Origin: a virus | Reading direction: 5' to 3' (one strand) | Virus record (IMG/VR): IMGVR_UViG_3300035703_000045 | Location: 29,045-93,044 of that record | DNA length: 64,000 bases | Shown: positions 25,991 through 34,724 of the stretch, in pieces | Layout of the letters: each line of letters starts with the position of its first letter | Position numbering within the stretch: the first letter of the stretch is position 1 | Translations under genes and position numbers: made by a program | Notes under the pieces: generated by a model | The model's database searches: none | Seen by the model: only the letters and a program-made list of their open reading frames with translations | What the model was told of the DNA's origin: nothing

Positions 25991-27217
25991 TTAGTTACGA
26001 TTGATGCGTCGGTAGTTGTACACAGCAGAAACTATGCTATCTGCCGCTGGTCTAATGCTCTGTTTTGTTGTTGACAGCAATTCTTTTGGCAATGGAATAT
26101 CAGATAATGTTGAATGTATATCTGATACATCAACATCTTCCTCATCCAAATGCCAGCGAACCAGTGAGTTTAAAGCACTCAACATGGGCTGGAAGTTCGG
26201 GGTATCAAACGATGTGTCAATGATACTAGCCACCAACTCAGGGTAGCGGTAGGAGGCATCTAATCCACGGAGGATGACAGCCTGCTGGATCACACTGTCA
26301 AAGGCATCATTCCACGGAAGGTTGATACCTGACCGGTCAAAGTCTGACATCAGGAACCGCAGGGTCACTCCCATGTCGTCATCCAACGTGACTGGCATGT
26401 TCTCCATGAGACTGGTCTGTACTGACTTGGTGCAAAACATGAGCACGGGGGAGTCGGCTTTGATGAACCGTTCGTTGGTGAAAAACCGGTCAATCATTCC
26501 CTTGATGGTGGGTCGGGTAAGACCACCGTCAAGTAGTAACCGGATGTTGCGCCGAAGGATGTTCATGTCCTGAAAGGTGTACGAGCAGTTCATGACAGAC
26601 CGTGGATGGTAGACGAAGTAGTTCGTCAGGTCGTTGACCTCTGGGCGTGGCTTCCGTTTGGTTTCTGACTGCTTGGTCTGTTCAGGTTTGTCTGGGTCTG
26701 CCCCAATGATCATGTCGCCCTCGGCCCTCTTTAATAATTCTCTATGTATCTCTTTATCTATTATTACTCTATGGTTTTCGTTTTGCTGGTCACACGCTGG
26801 AGTTTCTTTGATTTCAATAGGGTCATGGGTGACCCTATCAACCTCATTGGATAGGGTCATGGGTGACCCTATAATAGGGTCATGGGTGACCCCATATGGG
26901 GTCATGGGTGACCCTATTACCTTCTGTGTATAATGCACTTTATATACCGAAGATGCGGGGCGTGGTCGTCGTACAATATTAATGATGTGGTGTTGTTCCA
27001 ACCACTTCAATGACCGCTTAACAGTCTCTTTGGAAGTGCGTGATTTGATGGCGATGTCGGAAATGGAAGCGTCAATCTCTTTGGTGTTGAGGCTCATCAT
27101 GGACACCAACGTGACCAGAATCTGCAAGTCTCGGGGTTGCCCGTGCTCGTTGATGTAGTCCACGGACCACTCAGGAACAGCAATAAATCTACCCCCGAAG
27201 ACATTACTGGTTCCCAT
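25991..27217 (-). CDS. Replication initiator (N-terminal winged HTH; iterons in the linker)
   Basis: ASISDIA.KSRTSKETVKRSLKWLEQHHII winged helix; directly upstream of loader and DnaB; internal repeats. Confidence 0.8.
   Translation of the reverse strand: MGTSNVFGGRFIAVPEWSVDYINEHGQPRDLQILVTLVSMMSLNTKEIDASISDIAIKSRTSKETVKRSLKWLEQHHIINIVRRPRPASSVYKVHYTQKVIGSPMTPYGVTHDPIIGSPMTLSNEVDRVTHDPIEIKETPACDQQNENHRVIIDKEIHRELLKRAEGDMIIGADPDKPEQTKQSETKRKPRPEVNDLTNYFVYHPRSVMNCSYTFQDMNILRRNIRLLLDGGLTRPTIKGMIDRFFTNERFIKADSPVLMFCTKSVQTSLMENMPVTLDDDMGVTLRFLMSDFDRSGINLPWNDAFDSVIQQAVILRGLDASYRYPELVASIIDTSFDTPNFQPMLSALNSLVRWHLDEEDVDVSDIHSTLSDIPLPKELLSTTKQSIRPAADSIVSAVYNYRRINRN
26731..26785. promoter_or_regulatory. 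AT-rich, strand-asymmetric tract (putative DNA unwinding element)
   Basis: ttaataattctctatgtatctctttatctattattactctatggttttcgttttg, about 30 bp from the iterons. Confidence 0.55.
26817..26917. repeat. Four 22-bp palindromic iterons ATAGGGTCA-TGGG-TGACCCTAT (putative replication origin)
   Basis: Copies at 26817, 26851, 26874 (1 mismatch) and 26896 (1 mismatch). Confidence 0.9.
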
Positions 27218-27227
27218 GAGGTGGAGG

Positions 27228-27279
27228 ACGTTATCACCTTTTTTGTCCCTCTGCAACACACGTCACAGAGTGATATTCT
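27228..27279. promoter_or_regulatory. Divergent extended -10 promoters for the initiator (minus) and dps (plus)
   Basis: TGATAACGT on minus at 27228-27236; TGATATTCT on plus at 27271-27279. Confidence 0.5.
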
Positions 27280-27305
27280 GTAATTTGCCGAGCACTGGAG
27301 ACAAA

Positions 27306-27740
27306 GTGAAAGATTTAATTAAATCGCTGAAAGTGGTCATGTCCGATGTAGTTACTTTCTACTTCATGGCTCATGGGTACCATTGGAACGTGGAAGGTCA
27401 AGACTTCAGCCAGTACCACTCTTTGTTCTCCGACATCTATGAGGATGTGTACGGTTCCATTGATCCACTTGCAGAAAACATCCGCAAACTTGACGACTAC
27501 GCACCTTTCAACCTTCAGAAGTTTATTGATCTACGAACCATTGAATTCAAGGATGTACAGCCAAGTCCAAAGGCAATGGCTGGTTCTCTGATGAAGGCTA
27601 ACGACATCTTGCTTGAGCGTCTTAACGAAGCGTTTGATCAGGCAACTAAAGATAAACAGCAGGGCATCGCCAACTTCCTTGCTGACCGCATTGATATGCA
27701 TATGAAATGGCGTTGGCAACTTAAAGCATCAACGAAATAG
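27306..27740 (+). CDS. dps: Dps, DNA-protecting ferritin-like protein
   Basis: AHGYHWNVEG.DF..YH.LF..IYE...ID.LAE.IR; C-terminal H.KW.W.L; GGAG RBS before GTG. Confidence 0.95.
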   Translation: MKDLIKSLKVVMSDVVTFYFMAHGYHWNVEGQDFSQYHSLFSDIYEDVYGSIDPLAENIRKLDDYAPFNLQKFIDLRTIEFKDVQPSPKAMAGSLMKANDILLERLNEAFDQATKDKQQGIANFLADRIDMHMKWRWQLKASTK

Positions 27741-27748
27741 GAGTTACC

Positions 27749-28039
27749 GTGGCAAGTAAAAAAGATCCCCGTCTTGAACGGGCAGGTGTTGATGGTTACA
27801 ACAAACCAAAGCGTACGCCTGACCACCCAACTAAGTCGCACATTGTTGTTGCCAAAGAAGGCGACAAGGTAAAGACCATCCGCTTTGGTGAACAGGGTGC
27901 CGAGACTGCCGGTAAGCCCAAGGCTGGAGAGTCTGAGCGCATGAAAGATAAACGTGCGTCGTTCAAGGCTCGTCACGCTAAAAACATTGCCAAGGGAAAG
28001 ATGTCAGCCGCCTACTGGGCTAACAAGGAGAAGTGGTGA
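27749..28039 (+). CDS. Small basic phage protein
   Basis: GYNKPKRTP.HPTKSH.VVAKEG...IRFG.QG...SFKARH...SAAYWA..KW; AGGAG RBS. Confidence 0.85.
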   Translation: MASKKDPRLERAGVDGYNKPKRTPDHPTKSHIVVAKEGDKVKTIRFGEQGAETAGKPKAGESERMKDKRASFKARHAKNIAKGKMSAAYWANKEKW

Positions 28040-28230
28040 TGGCTTCTAAAAAGAAGACTGAATCAAAGGTTAACGAGGCTGGTAACTACACAAAGCCAGC
28101 CCTTCGTAAGCGTCTCTTCAACGAGATTAAGGCTGGCACAAAAGGGGGAGACCCCGGTGAATGGTCAGCACGAAAAGCCCAACTCCTTGCCAAACGGTAC
28201 AAGGAAGCCGGTGGTGGGTACAAGGACTGA
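28039..28230 (+). CDS. Basic protein, N-terminal half of DUF5872-like family
   Basis: YTKP.LR.RL...IKAG.KGG.PG.WSARKAQLLA..Y..AGGGY. Confidence 0.8.
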   Translation: MASKKKTESKVNEAGNYTKPALRKRLFNEIKAGTKGGDPGEWSARKAQLLAKRYKEAGGGYKD

Positions 28231-28232
28231 CC

Positions 28233-28481
28233 ATGGCTAAGAAAGAACCACAGAAGGATTTAGACAAGTGGACTAAAGAGAAGTGGCGCACTTCTGATGG
28301 TTCAGAGTCAAAGGGCAAGAAGCGGTACCTTCCTGATAAGGCGTGGAATGAATTGTCTCCACAAGAGAAAGCCGCTACCAATAAAGCCAAGGCTGAAGGA
28401 AACAAGAAGGGAAAGCAGTTTGTTCCCCAGCCCAAGAGCATCGCAGAAAAGACAGCGAAACACCGGAAGGGAGGTAAGTGA
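28233..28481 (+). CDS. Basic protein, C-terminal half of DUF5872-like family
   Basis: QK.L.KWT.E.W.T.DG...RYLP.KAW..LSP.EK.ATN..K..G.K.GKQFV; AAGGA RBS. Confidence 0.8.
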   Translation: MAKKEPQKDLDKWTKEKWRTSDGSESKGKKRYLPDKAWNELSPQEKAATNKAKAEGNKKGKQFVPQPKSIAEKTAKHRKGGK

Positions 28482-28483
28482 TT

Positions 28484-28600
28484 ATGTGTGCATCATGTGG
28501 ATGTGGTCTCAAGGACAAGAAAGATCCCGGCTACGGCAAGGGACCAAAGAACAGCAAGAAGGCTTCAGAGAAGAAAGCCGCCCCAAAGAAGAAGAAGTGA
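28484..28600 (+). CDS. 38-aa CxxCGC, Lys-rich peptide (MCASCGCGLKDKK...KKKK), not in ORF track
   Basis: Read manually; GGAGGT RBS; ends just before the hairpin array. Confidence 0.7.
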   Translation: MCASCGCGLKDKKDPGYGKGPKNSKKASEKKAAPKKKK

Positions 28601-28631
28601 ACTCACTGATTACTCACAGTTGTGGGTAATA

Positions 28632-28664
28632 GAAAAACCCCTAGCCGTGCGCTAGGGGTTTTTC
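28632..28664. terminator. Bidirectional intrinsic terminator between convergent units
   Basis: Perfect 14-bp inverted repeat GAAAAACCCCTAGC-cgtgc-GCTAGGGGTTTTTC. Confidence 0.9.
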
Positions 28665-28737
28665 ATGTGGTGGGGGAACCACGTTTTTTATTTAGCCCAA
28701 TGTGACTACTCACATCGGTATGTCATGGAGCACTGTA

Positions 28738-29496
28738 TCAGTGGGTAGTGTGACTGACAACCATCTTGAACATTTTATTTAAAAGTTCTGGGTCTCCCTT
28801 AAACCCAAGTTCAACACCGTTGTTGAACAGCACAATGATTGTGCTGATCTCCCCGTCGTTTTCCTTTGGGTCTTCCTCATGGGTGTTGTTGCCCACAAGC
28901 ACACGGATTGCTTCCTCTTTGGTCTTCACATCATGACCGGCATCACGGGCCATCCGCTTTACAGATGCGGCTGGCATAACCTGAAGGGTCTCTTCATCAA
29001 AAGACATCTCCCCAACGCTAGGGAGTTCTGCGTCACTGACAGGCTTCTCAGGCTCAGACACCTCATCAATAATGATCGGGGTCAGTCCATTGGTGAGTTC
29101 TAGTGAAGGGATACCTGATTCAATGCAGGATGTGGCAATCTCAATGGATCGCTCAGGGTGGCTCTCATCCCAAACGAGCAAAGCAATACCTTTGATATCA
29201 CGTTCAGCAAGTATGTTGATGATATCAAAGTCAACATCGTCGGACTCAATCGTTTCCTTAGCCTTGTCCATGAGAACCTTAGGTGGTTTACGCCCCTCGT
29301 TGCTGACAACCAAGGAAAACATTGCGTCGTTATCCAACATCCAGTCGTAAACAATCTCCATGGATGCCGACACTTTCTTGTTGCCGTACCACGGAACGAC
29401 GTACATAACTTTTGTGGAGACATCCCCCAATGAAGCAATTACTGTGGATGGCTCAACCTCATTGGTTGATCCAATAACCCCGTACAACTCTTGCAT
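28738..29496 (-). CDS. Hypothetical protein with Rho-N/HeH-like helical motif
   Basis: AGGAG RBS before MQELYG; L..MPAASVKRMARDAG...KTKEEAI..L. Confidence 0.6.
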   Translation of the reverse strand: MQELYGVIGSTNEVEPSTVIASLGDVSTKVMYVVPWYGNKKVSASMEIVYDWMLDNDAMFSLVVSNEGRKPPKVLMDKAKETIESDDVDFDIINILAERDIKGIALLVWDESHPERSIEIATSCIESGIPSLELTNGLTPIIIDEVSEPEKPVSDAELPSVGEMSFDEETLQVMPAASVKRMARDAGHDVKTKEEAIRVLVGNNTHEEDPKENDGEISTIIVLFNNGVELGFKGDPELLNKMFKMVVSHTTH

Positions 29497-29503
29497 GTTG
29501 CTC

Positions 29504-29761
29504 CTATCGCAAACTCTTTCGGTGTGCCGCATCCCCACTGAGCGTAAGGAGGCGATGAACAGCATGCACTGTACCAGACAGTGAAGCAATCGCCAATCCA
29601 TTAATCACAAGATTTTCACATCCGATGATTAGTCCAGCAACGTACCCAAGAACGATCCCTGCCAAGATCTTTACCCACGGCATTGCTTCTCGGGGAAGAA
29701 CTGCGTCTATGAATTGGAGCGTTTTATATACCGCTAGTGAGGCTAAAAGTATGCTTATCAT
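29504..29761 (-). CDS. Small multi-TM membrane protein (holin candidate)
   Basis: About three hydrophobic helices in 85 aa, basic C-terminus, end of the tail operon. Confidence 0.45.
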   Translation of the reverse strand: MISILLASLAVYKTLQFIDAVLPREAMPWVKILAGIVLGYVAGLIIGCENLVINGLAIASLSGTVHAVHRLLTLSGDAAHRKSLR

Positions 29762-31449
29762 AATCCCGGTATGTTGTTGTAAGTGACTGTGTACTTCAGG
29801 TTTGAAGTTGGAATCACATTACTATAAACAGTACCGGATGTCACCAATTCGGATGCTGGCAAGATACTGGGGATCAATCTCTTGATCACATTTTTGGTCT
29901 TTTGATAGTTAGCCGTGTACACAGAGAACGACGCATTTGGGTTTGCTGGGTCTAACCAGCGGTAGTCAGAAATTGTGTTCACTCCGTCAACAAGCCAACC
30001 ACCAAGACGGGTGTACCCATCAAAGTATTCGCCCTCGTAATTACGCTCTAGTAAGAGGTACTTAAAGTCGTCAAAGTTATAGTTTACAGAGTTGTAAACA
30101 GACGTGAATGTGATCCGTACCTTTGCGTTAGTGTAACTAGAGAAACTGCTGGGTACGTCAAGTTTCCAGTATTTAGTTGAACCCACTCTAACTGGAGAGG
30201 TGTCCTCGGCAATCAATGCTGAGGCAGAGGTGTACAACCCCACTGATACCACAGCATCTTGAACGGGCTTCAAAAGGCTTCCGGTTTGGATAGAGAAGTA
30301 CAAAGAATCCCCCGAGATAACGGGAACATCTGCTCCTGCTGTTTCCAAAACAAACTGGGTACCATTAGATGGGTTCGGGTAACCAACCCACTTCTGGGTA
30401 GTTACTGTGGCATTGCTTCCACCATCTGTTGGTGTGCCTCCGGTATAAGTAGGGCTAAACGATACCGTCCCTGCAAGACCTGCGTCGTAAACAGTAACGG
30501 AGGTCATGTCAGTAGATGGATAACCACCATCTAGACCCGCCGCTACCCCGTTAACCAGCATAGGGTCTTTTATTAAGTTACAACGCTGAGTGTAGATTTT
30601 AATTGTGTTAGTTGCTGTATCAACTGTTGCTTGTGCCCCAGCCAGCACACTTAGTTCTTTTTCTATTGACGAAATGGTTCCCTTGCTTCGTCGTATAATG
30701 CCTGCGGCATCCATGAGGTTCCGTAGTCGTTCACTACTCAGTTCTGAAGCCGTAAGGTTGATACCCATTTCATAGGCCAACTTGTTCAAAGTTTCCACTT
30801 CGGCTATCTGGGGGTCTTTCATAACGATCATGTAATCAAGTACCGACCGGATATAATCCATGTCCCATCCGAATATGGAAAGATATTTGTACAACGGACT
30901 TCCGTTTTCTTGATCCAACATTCGGTAATAGGCAGGCACTCGTTTATAGAGTGCATCAGTACTTCCATAATTAGTAGGAAGTAGAACCGACAAACGTGCT
31001 ACAGGTTCGTAGTAATCATCAGTGCCATTAGAAAGGAATCGTACGAACATCGTGTAGTACGCCCATGTCCCACTAACATCCGTGTGTGTTATCTCCGACT
31101 GAGTTCTAGTGTTAATTAGTGTGACACCCTCAGCAATTGTTTCGGGGTGACCAAAGGGTGAATACACGATGTACACAGAGTAGGGAACAGGGGTAGAGGT
31201 TGTTGGGGTCTGTAGGGTTATACCCCAATTTAGATTTACCTTCCCGTAGTCATATGCGTAAGCCTCAAACAGTTCTGGGCTACTAAGGACAGCACCAACT
31301 TCCCCACTCGGGGCAATCTGTATTTCATCACCACGCAGGTATGTAGCAGATGCGGCTCCTGCCGATGCAGAGGAGTCAGAAGGGTAATACTGAAGGTATG
31401 ACCCTCCTTCAAATGTGGTTCTGCGTAGGGTAAAGGATTTGCGAGCCAT
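29758..31449 (-). CDS. Baseplate wedge/tail protein (P2 gpI-like domain)
   Basis: LYKRVPAYY, L..LAYEMG, RLR.L...IRRSKGT..SI; follows baseplate J. Confidence 0.7.
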   Translation of the reverse strand: MARKSFTLRRTTFEGGSYLQYYPSDSSASAGAASATYLRGDEIQIAPSGEVGAVLSSPELFEAYAYDYGKVNLNWGITLQTPTTSTPVPYSVYIVYSPFGHPETIAEGVTLINTRTQSEITHTDVSGTWAYYTMFVRFLSNGTDDYYEPVARLSVLLPTNYGSTDALYKRVPAYYRMLDQENGSPLYKYLSIFGWDMDYIRSVLDYMIVMKDPQIAEVETLNKLAYEMGINLTASELSSERLRNLMDAAGIIRRSKGTISSIEKELSVLAGAQATVDTATNTIKIYTQRCNLIKDPMLVNGVAAGLDGGYPSTDMTSVTVYDAGLAGTVSFSPTYTGGTPTDGGSNATVTTQKWVGYPNPSNGTQFVLETAGADVPVISGDSLYFSIQTGSLLKPVQDAVVSVGLYTSASALIAEDTSPVRVGSTKYWKLDVPSSFSSYTNAKVRITFTSVYNSVNYNFDDFKYLLLERNYEGEYFDGYTRLGGWLVDGVNTISDYRWLDPANPNASFSVYTANYQKTKNVIKRLIPSILPASELVTSGTVYSNVIPTSNLKYTVTYNNIPGL

Positions 31450-31450
31450 A

Positions 31451-32920
31451 TTATGCCGACGTGGTCATTCCACCAGTTGTTGTTACCACTACCGTTCCCT
31501 TTTTCAATAGTTCTACAGGTGAGAGTGCCCCAGTTGATATGGGGTTATTACTTGGGTCATACATTTGGAATGTACTAATAGTGCAGTAATCAACACCTTC
31601 AACTGCCATAACCAACTTGTATACATCGGCTACCCGTATTTCTTTTCCAAAGTCAACAGAACTAAACGAAAACAGACCATCAAGCGCATCACTTACATCT
31701 GATTTAACCCAAGCCGCTACATAATTGTCCGACACTTTTACATCAACGCTGATATTTAGTTTATTGACAACCAAAGAACTAGCAATAGTGAGGGTGGTAC
31801 CAAGTACCTTTTTAGGGGTAATTATGCCGGAAACAAGTGATTGAAGATCAGCAGAGACGCTAATGCTGTTTGCTGACAGATTGAGGTAGTCACTTACATA
31901 AGGAAGTGGGTACACGGTTACTGATGCACCACCTGCTCCTGATGTATAAGAAGCCACAGCCTTATACACACCATCTGCCCTAAGTGCGAGATCCTTGTAG
32001 TCCTCTAGGGTAACTGCACGGTCTTGTGACCGTACAACTGCCTGTAGAGAGCGTCGTATTGATTCAACATTCTCTCCGTCTCCACCACCTGTTGCAACAG
32101 AGGAACCAGAGATGGAGAGTGAAGCAGATGGGGAACTCTTAAATGATCTGATTGCATTTTGCGGTATGTTTCCAAGAGAACCAGACCCAACAGTGTAAGT
32201 CACTGTGATGGTGCTACCAGCAACAGGTATACGTCCATTAGCACGGTTACCAAACACAATTTCAATCTCGTCATTGGCTGTTAGGTAAAGAACATAACCG
32301 GGGGTACCAATTGGAATATCGGTGATGTTTCCGTACCGAATCCACCGTTGTGACGTTCCCTCTTCAGTAACGTACACTTGGATAGTTGAAGGCACTACTT
32401 TTGTAGTTGGTATTTTATACCTTTGGCTTGGTTGACCGGAAGACGATGAAGTCAGTACTTGGTCAACGACACGAGTTCCTTCTTTTACAAGAACCGATAC
32501 AGTGGAGGCACTGGCGGCTGTTACTTCTGAGGTGGCATAGAAGTAAAAGTATTCATCGTTTGAGATTCCAACAAACTCTGTGTACTGAGGGATGCTCACC
32601 GATGATGAACTGGAGTTTGAAACGTACACAGTTGCTTCAGAAGATGTTTTAAAGTTTGGCGTATAGTCATACAGATTTGCGTATGCAAGAACGCTCTCTC
32701 GCTGTGTAGCGGTCTCAATAAATGCCTCTTGAGATGCCCGATCAATGTAGTAATGAATGACATCTCCCATGTACGACCATAGGTCTACAAACATCATTCC
32801 AAAGTCAGAGGGGTCACGATCAGTCCACTCGGGAACCGTCGTGGATGCACGGCGCAATAGGTCTTGTTTGATATTGGAAAAGTTACGACTTGCGTAATCA
32901 AATGCTGGGTTAGTAGCCAT
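31451..32920 (-). CDS. Baseplate J-like wedge protein
   Basis: DY.SRNF..IK, PEWTD..PSDFG, ATQRESV, ATGGGD.E, QDRAVTLEDY. Confidence 0.92.
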   Translation of the reverse strand: MATNPAFDYASRNFSNIKQDLLRRASTTVPEWTDRDPSDFGMMFVDLWSYMGDVIHYYIDRASQEAFIETATQRESVLAYANLYDYTPNFKTSSEATVYVSNSSSSSVSIPQYTEFVGISNDEYFYFYATSEVTAASASTVSVLVKEGTRVVDQVLTSSSSGQPSQRYKIPTTKVVPSTIQVYVTEEGTSQRWIRYGNITDIPIGTPGYVLYLTANDEIEIVFGNRANGRIPVAGSTITVTYTVGSGSLGNIPQNAIRSFKSSPSASLSISGSSVATGGGDGENVESIRRSLQAVVRSQDRAVTLEDYKDLALRADGVYKAVASYTSGAGGASVTVYPLPYVSDYLNLSANSISVSADLQSLVSGIITPKKVLGTTLTIASSLVVNKLNISVDVKVSDNYVAAWVKSDVSDALDGLFSFSSVDFGKEIRVADVYKLVMAVEGVDYCTISTFQMYDPSNNPISTGALSPVELLKKGTVVVTTTGGMTTSA

Positions 32921-32928
32921 AGTTATCC

Positions 32929-33330
32929 TTAGAAAGCAGTGTCTTCTGTTATGGTACCGGGATAGGCTACTTTGATAGTGGCTAGTTGTGTAACACCAAG
33001 TGGCAATCTGTATTCAACGTATACCATCATAACATTTTTGCTCTCCTGTAATGAACCCATATTGTTCATGTACATATTACTAATGTTTGCTGTTGATATG
33101 TTGTCCTTCAGATCCATAACGGCATCGGTTCGGTAGTCAGAAAAGATTAACGGATCGTTTATTTCATGAACCATTCCCATGAGTCCAGAGCCGTACGTCG
33201 GGATAGACACTCTTTCCAAAGGCTCTGTGACCAGCACATTTGCAATCTTTTGCTCTGTAATGGTCTCTAAATCTCGGGTTATAGATACCCGACCGTTATC
33301 AAATGAGAATGGTATTTTCATAGATTTCAT
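32929..33330 (-). CDS. gp25/GpW-like baseplate protein
   Basis: IPFSF, VLVT...ERV..PTYGS. Confidence 0.85.
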   Translation of the reverse strand: MKSMKIPFSFDNGRVSITRDLETITEQKIANVLVTEPLERVSIPTYGSGLMGMVHEINDPLIFSDYRTDAVMDLKDNISTANISNMYMNNMGSLQESKNVMMVYVEYRLPLGVTQLATIKVAYPGTITEDTAF

Positions 33331-33340
33331 GGCATCTCCA

Positions 33341-33577
33341 TCAGATCACATTAAGTAGATAAACTTTATCAAAGTTATTACCCTCAACAGCAACAATAAT
33401 CTGTGAGTCAACAGGTGGTGCCCATGTCAGGTATTGCCCATTAGAAGGCTTATGTAGTGCAATACTTTCTGATGGTCCAAGAATGTGGGGTATCTTTACA
33501 TACACATTTCCCGTTGTTGTGTCAGACTGGACTACCAATGCACGGTAGACATCCATATTTGGTTTAGGTGTACTCAT
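33341..33577 (-). CDS. Baseplate spike OB-fold protein (gp5/GpV N-terminal domain only)
   Basis: YRALV...D...G.V.VKIP.ILG...P.V...V..EG; position between hub and gp25. Confidence 0.7.
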   Translation of the reverse strand: MSTPKPNMDVYRALVVQSDTTTGNVYVKIPHILGPSESIALHKPSNGQYLTWAPPVDSQIIVAVEGNNFDKVYLLNVI

Positions 33578-34724
33578 TAACTTTCTCCAATGATGATACC
33601 CATACCCCATTTTTCATTATGGGGGTTGGTGGTTTTATGAAGTTTGATACGTTTGGTACCTCAGGGTCTTGTGTGTAATCATCATTTTTAAATAACTCTA
33701 AATTAGTTACATACTTTTCTTTTCCAATTTTATGGTGAACACTTGAGACATACCATAAACCATCAAACGCTGAGTCATACTTATTTAAATTAACGGTACC
33801 ACCGGGTACTATCCCACCACCAGCGGCTATCTCTGCTTTGGCTCGGTACACACTTTTGTAGCGTTCACTAGAGGCTATTGCTCTTATGTTTTCCTCCACC
33901 GTTTGGTACGGGGTCTTTAGAGGAATAGTAAACTTAGAACTAAGAACTGTCTTATGGTTAGCAATATCTGTGTTAGTTGCATCCATTTCAAAGACATTTC
34001 CTTCACGATCAAGGATCGTGTTGGTTGTTTTACTTGAGTTACCTAGTGATGATAGATGACCTAAGTAGGGGGAAAAAGCCATCACAGAGCACGGGCTGTT
34101 ATTAGAATCAGTTTTCATTGTTAATAAGTCATGGTAAGAAGTGAGCCTTCCAACTGACTTATCACGGTCCCATATGTGCATATGTGTTCCATGCACAGAC
34201 ATGGTGTAACCAAATGTATCTATAACCTTACGAAGAAACGACCAGTCACTTTCAGACGACTGAACAAGTCGTGTTGGCTTAAATGAATCCTTTGGGTAAT
34301 CCACACTAAAGTGGTATTTTGCCGCCATCTCTTTAATAATGTTTCCAAGGGTTGGGTAATCCCATACACGAGATGAAACGGTCTTCATATTTAAGGATGC
34401 ACCAATACAGTTGAGCCGTGTTATCTGTACCGGACTTCTATTTACTAACCCATTTCTTGTAACAATTTGTGGTTCAGTTGATATGATATATCCATAAAAA
34501 GACTGGCTTCTACCATACCCAGAGTCAACAAGAACGTAAACACCGGCACCAAGGTAATCAGTTACGGCTCTTGGGGGTAACCCAACAATGTCTATTGAGA
34601 GCATGTCATGCTCATTCTCCGTCAAATACAAATCCATTCCTTGAACGGCGGTGTAATCAACGGCTACCCCATCAATTGAAAACTCAACATTTGGGGATAA
34701 TGGGTGAAGACTTTTGGTAATCAT
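33564..34724 (-). CDS. Baseplate hub (late control D/gp27-like)
   Basis: Q..ESDWSFL, GLWYV.SV.H; synteny. Confidence 0.8.
   Translation of the reverse strand: MITKSLHPLSPNVEFSIDGVAVDYTAVQGMDLYLTENEHDMLSIDIVGLPPRAVTDYLGAGVYVLVDSGYGRSQSFYGYIISTEPQIVTRNGLVNRSPVQITRLNCIGASLNMKTVSSRVWDYPTLGNIIKEMAAKYHFSVDYPKDSFKPTRLVQSSESDWSFLRKVIDTFGYTMSVHGTHMHIWDRDKSVGRLTSYHDLLTMKTDSNNSPCSVMAFSPYLGHLSSLGNSSKTTNTILDREGNVFEMDATNTDIANHKTVLSSKFTIPLKTPYQTVEENIRAIASSERYKSVYRAKAEIAAGGGIVPGGTVNLNKYDSAFDGLWYVSSVHHKIGKEKYVTNLELFKNDDYTQDPEVPNVSNFIKPPTPIMKNGVWVSSLEKVNEYT

Noticed and set aside
26817-26917. Palindromic repeats as a mini-CRISPR array
   Set aside because: Gaps between repeats are 12, 1 and 0 bp and the array lies inside an ORF; this fits iterons.
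28228-28235. Stop-codon readthrough or alternative genetic code joining the two DUF5872-like halves
   Set aside because: The halves are out of frame, the second has its own RBS, and all long genes are intact under the standard code.
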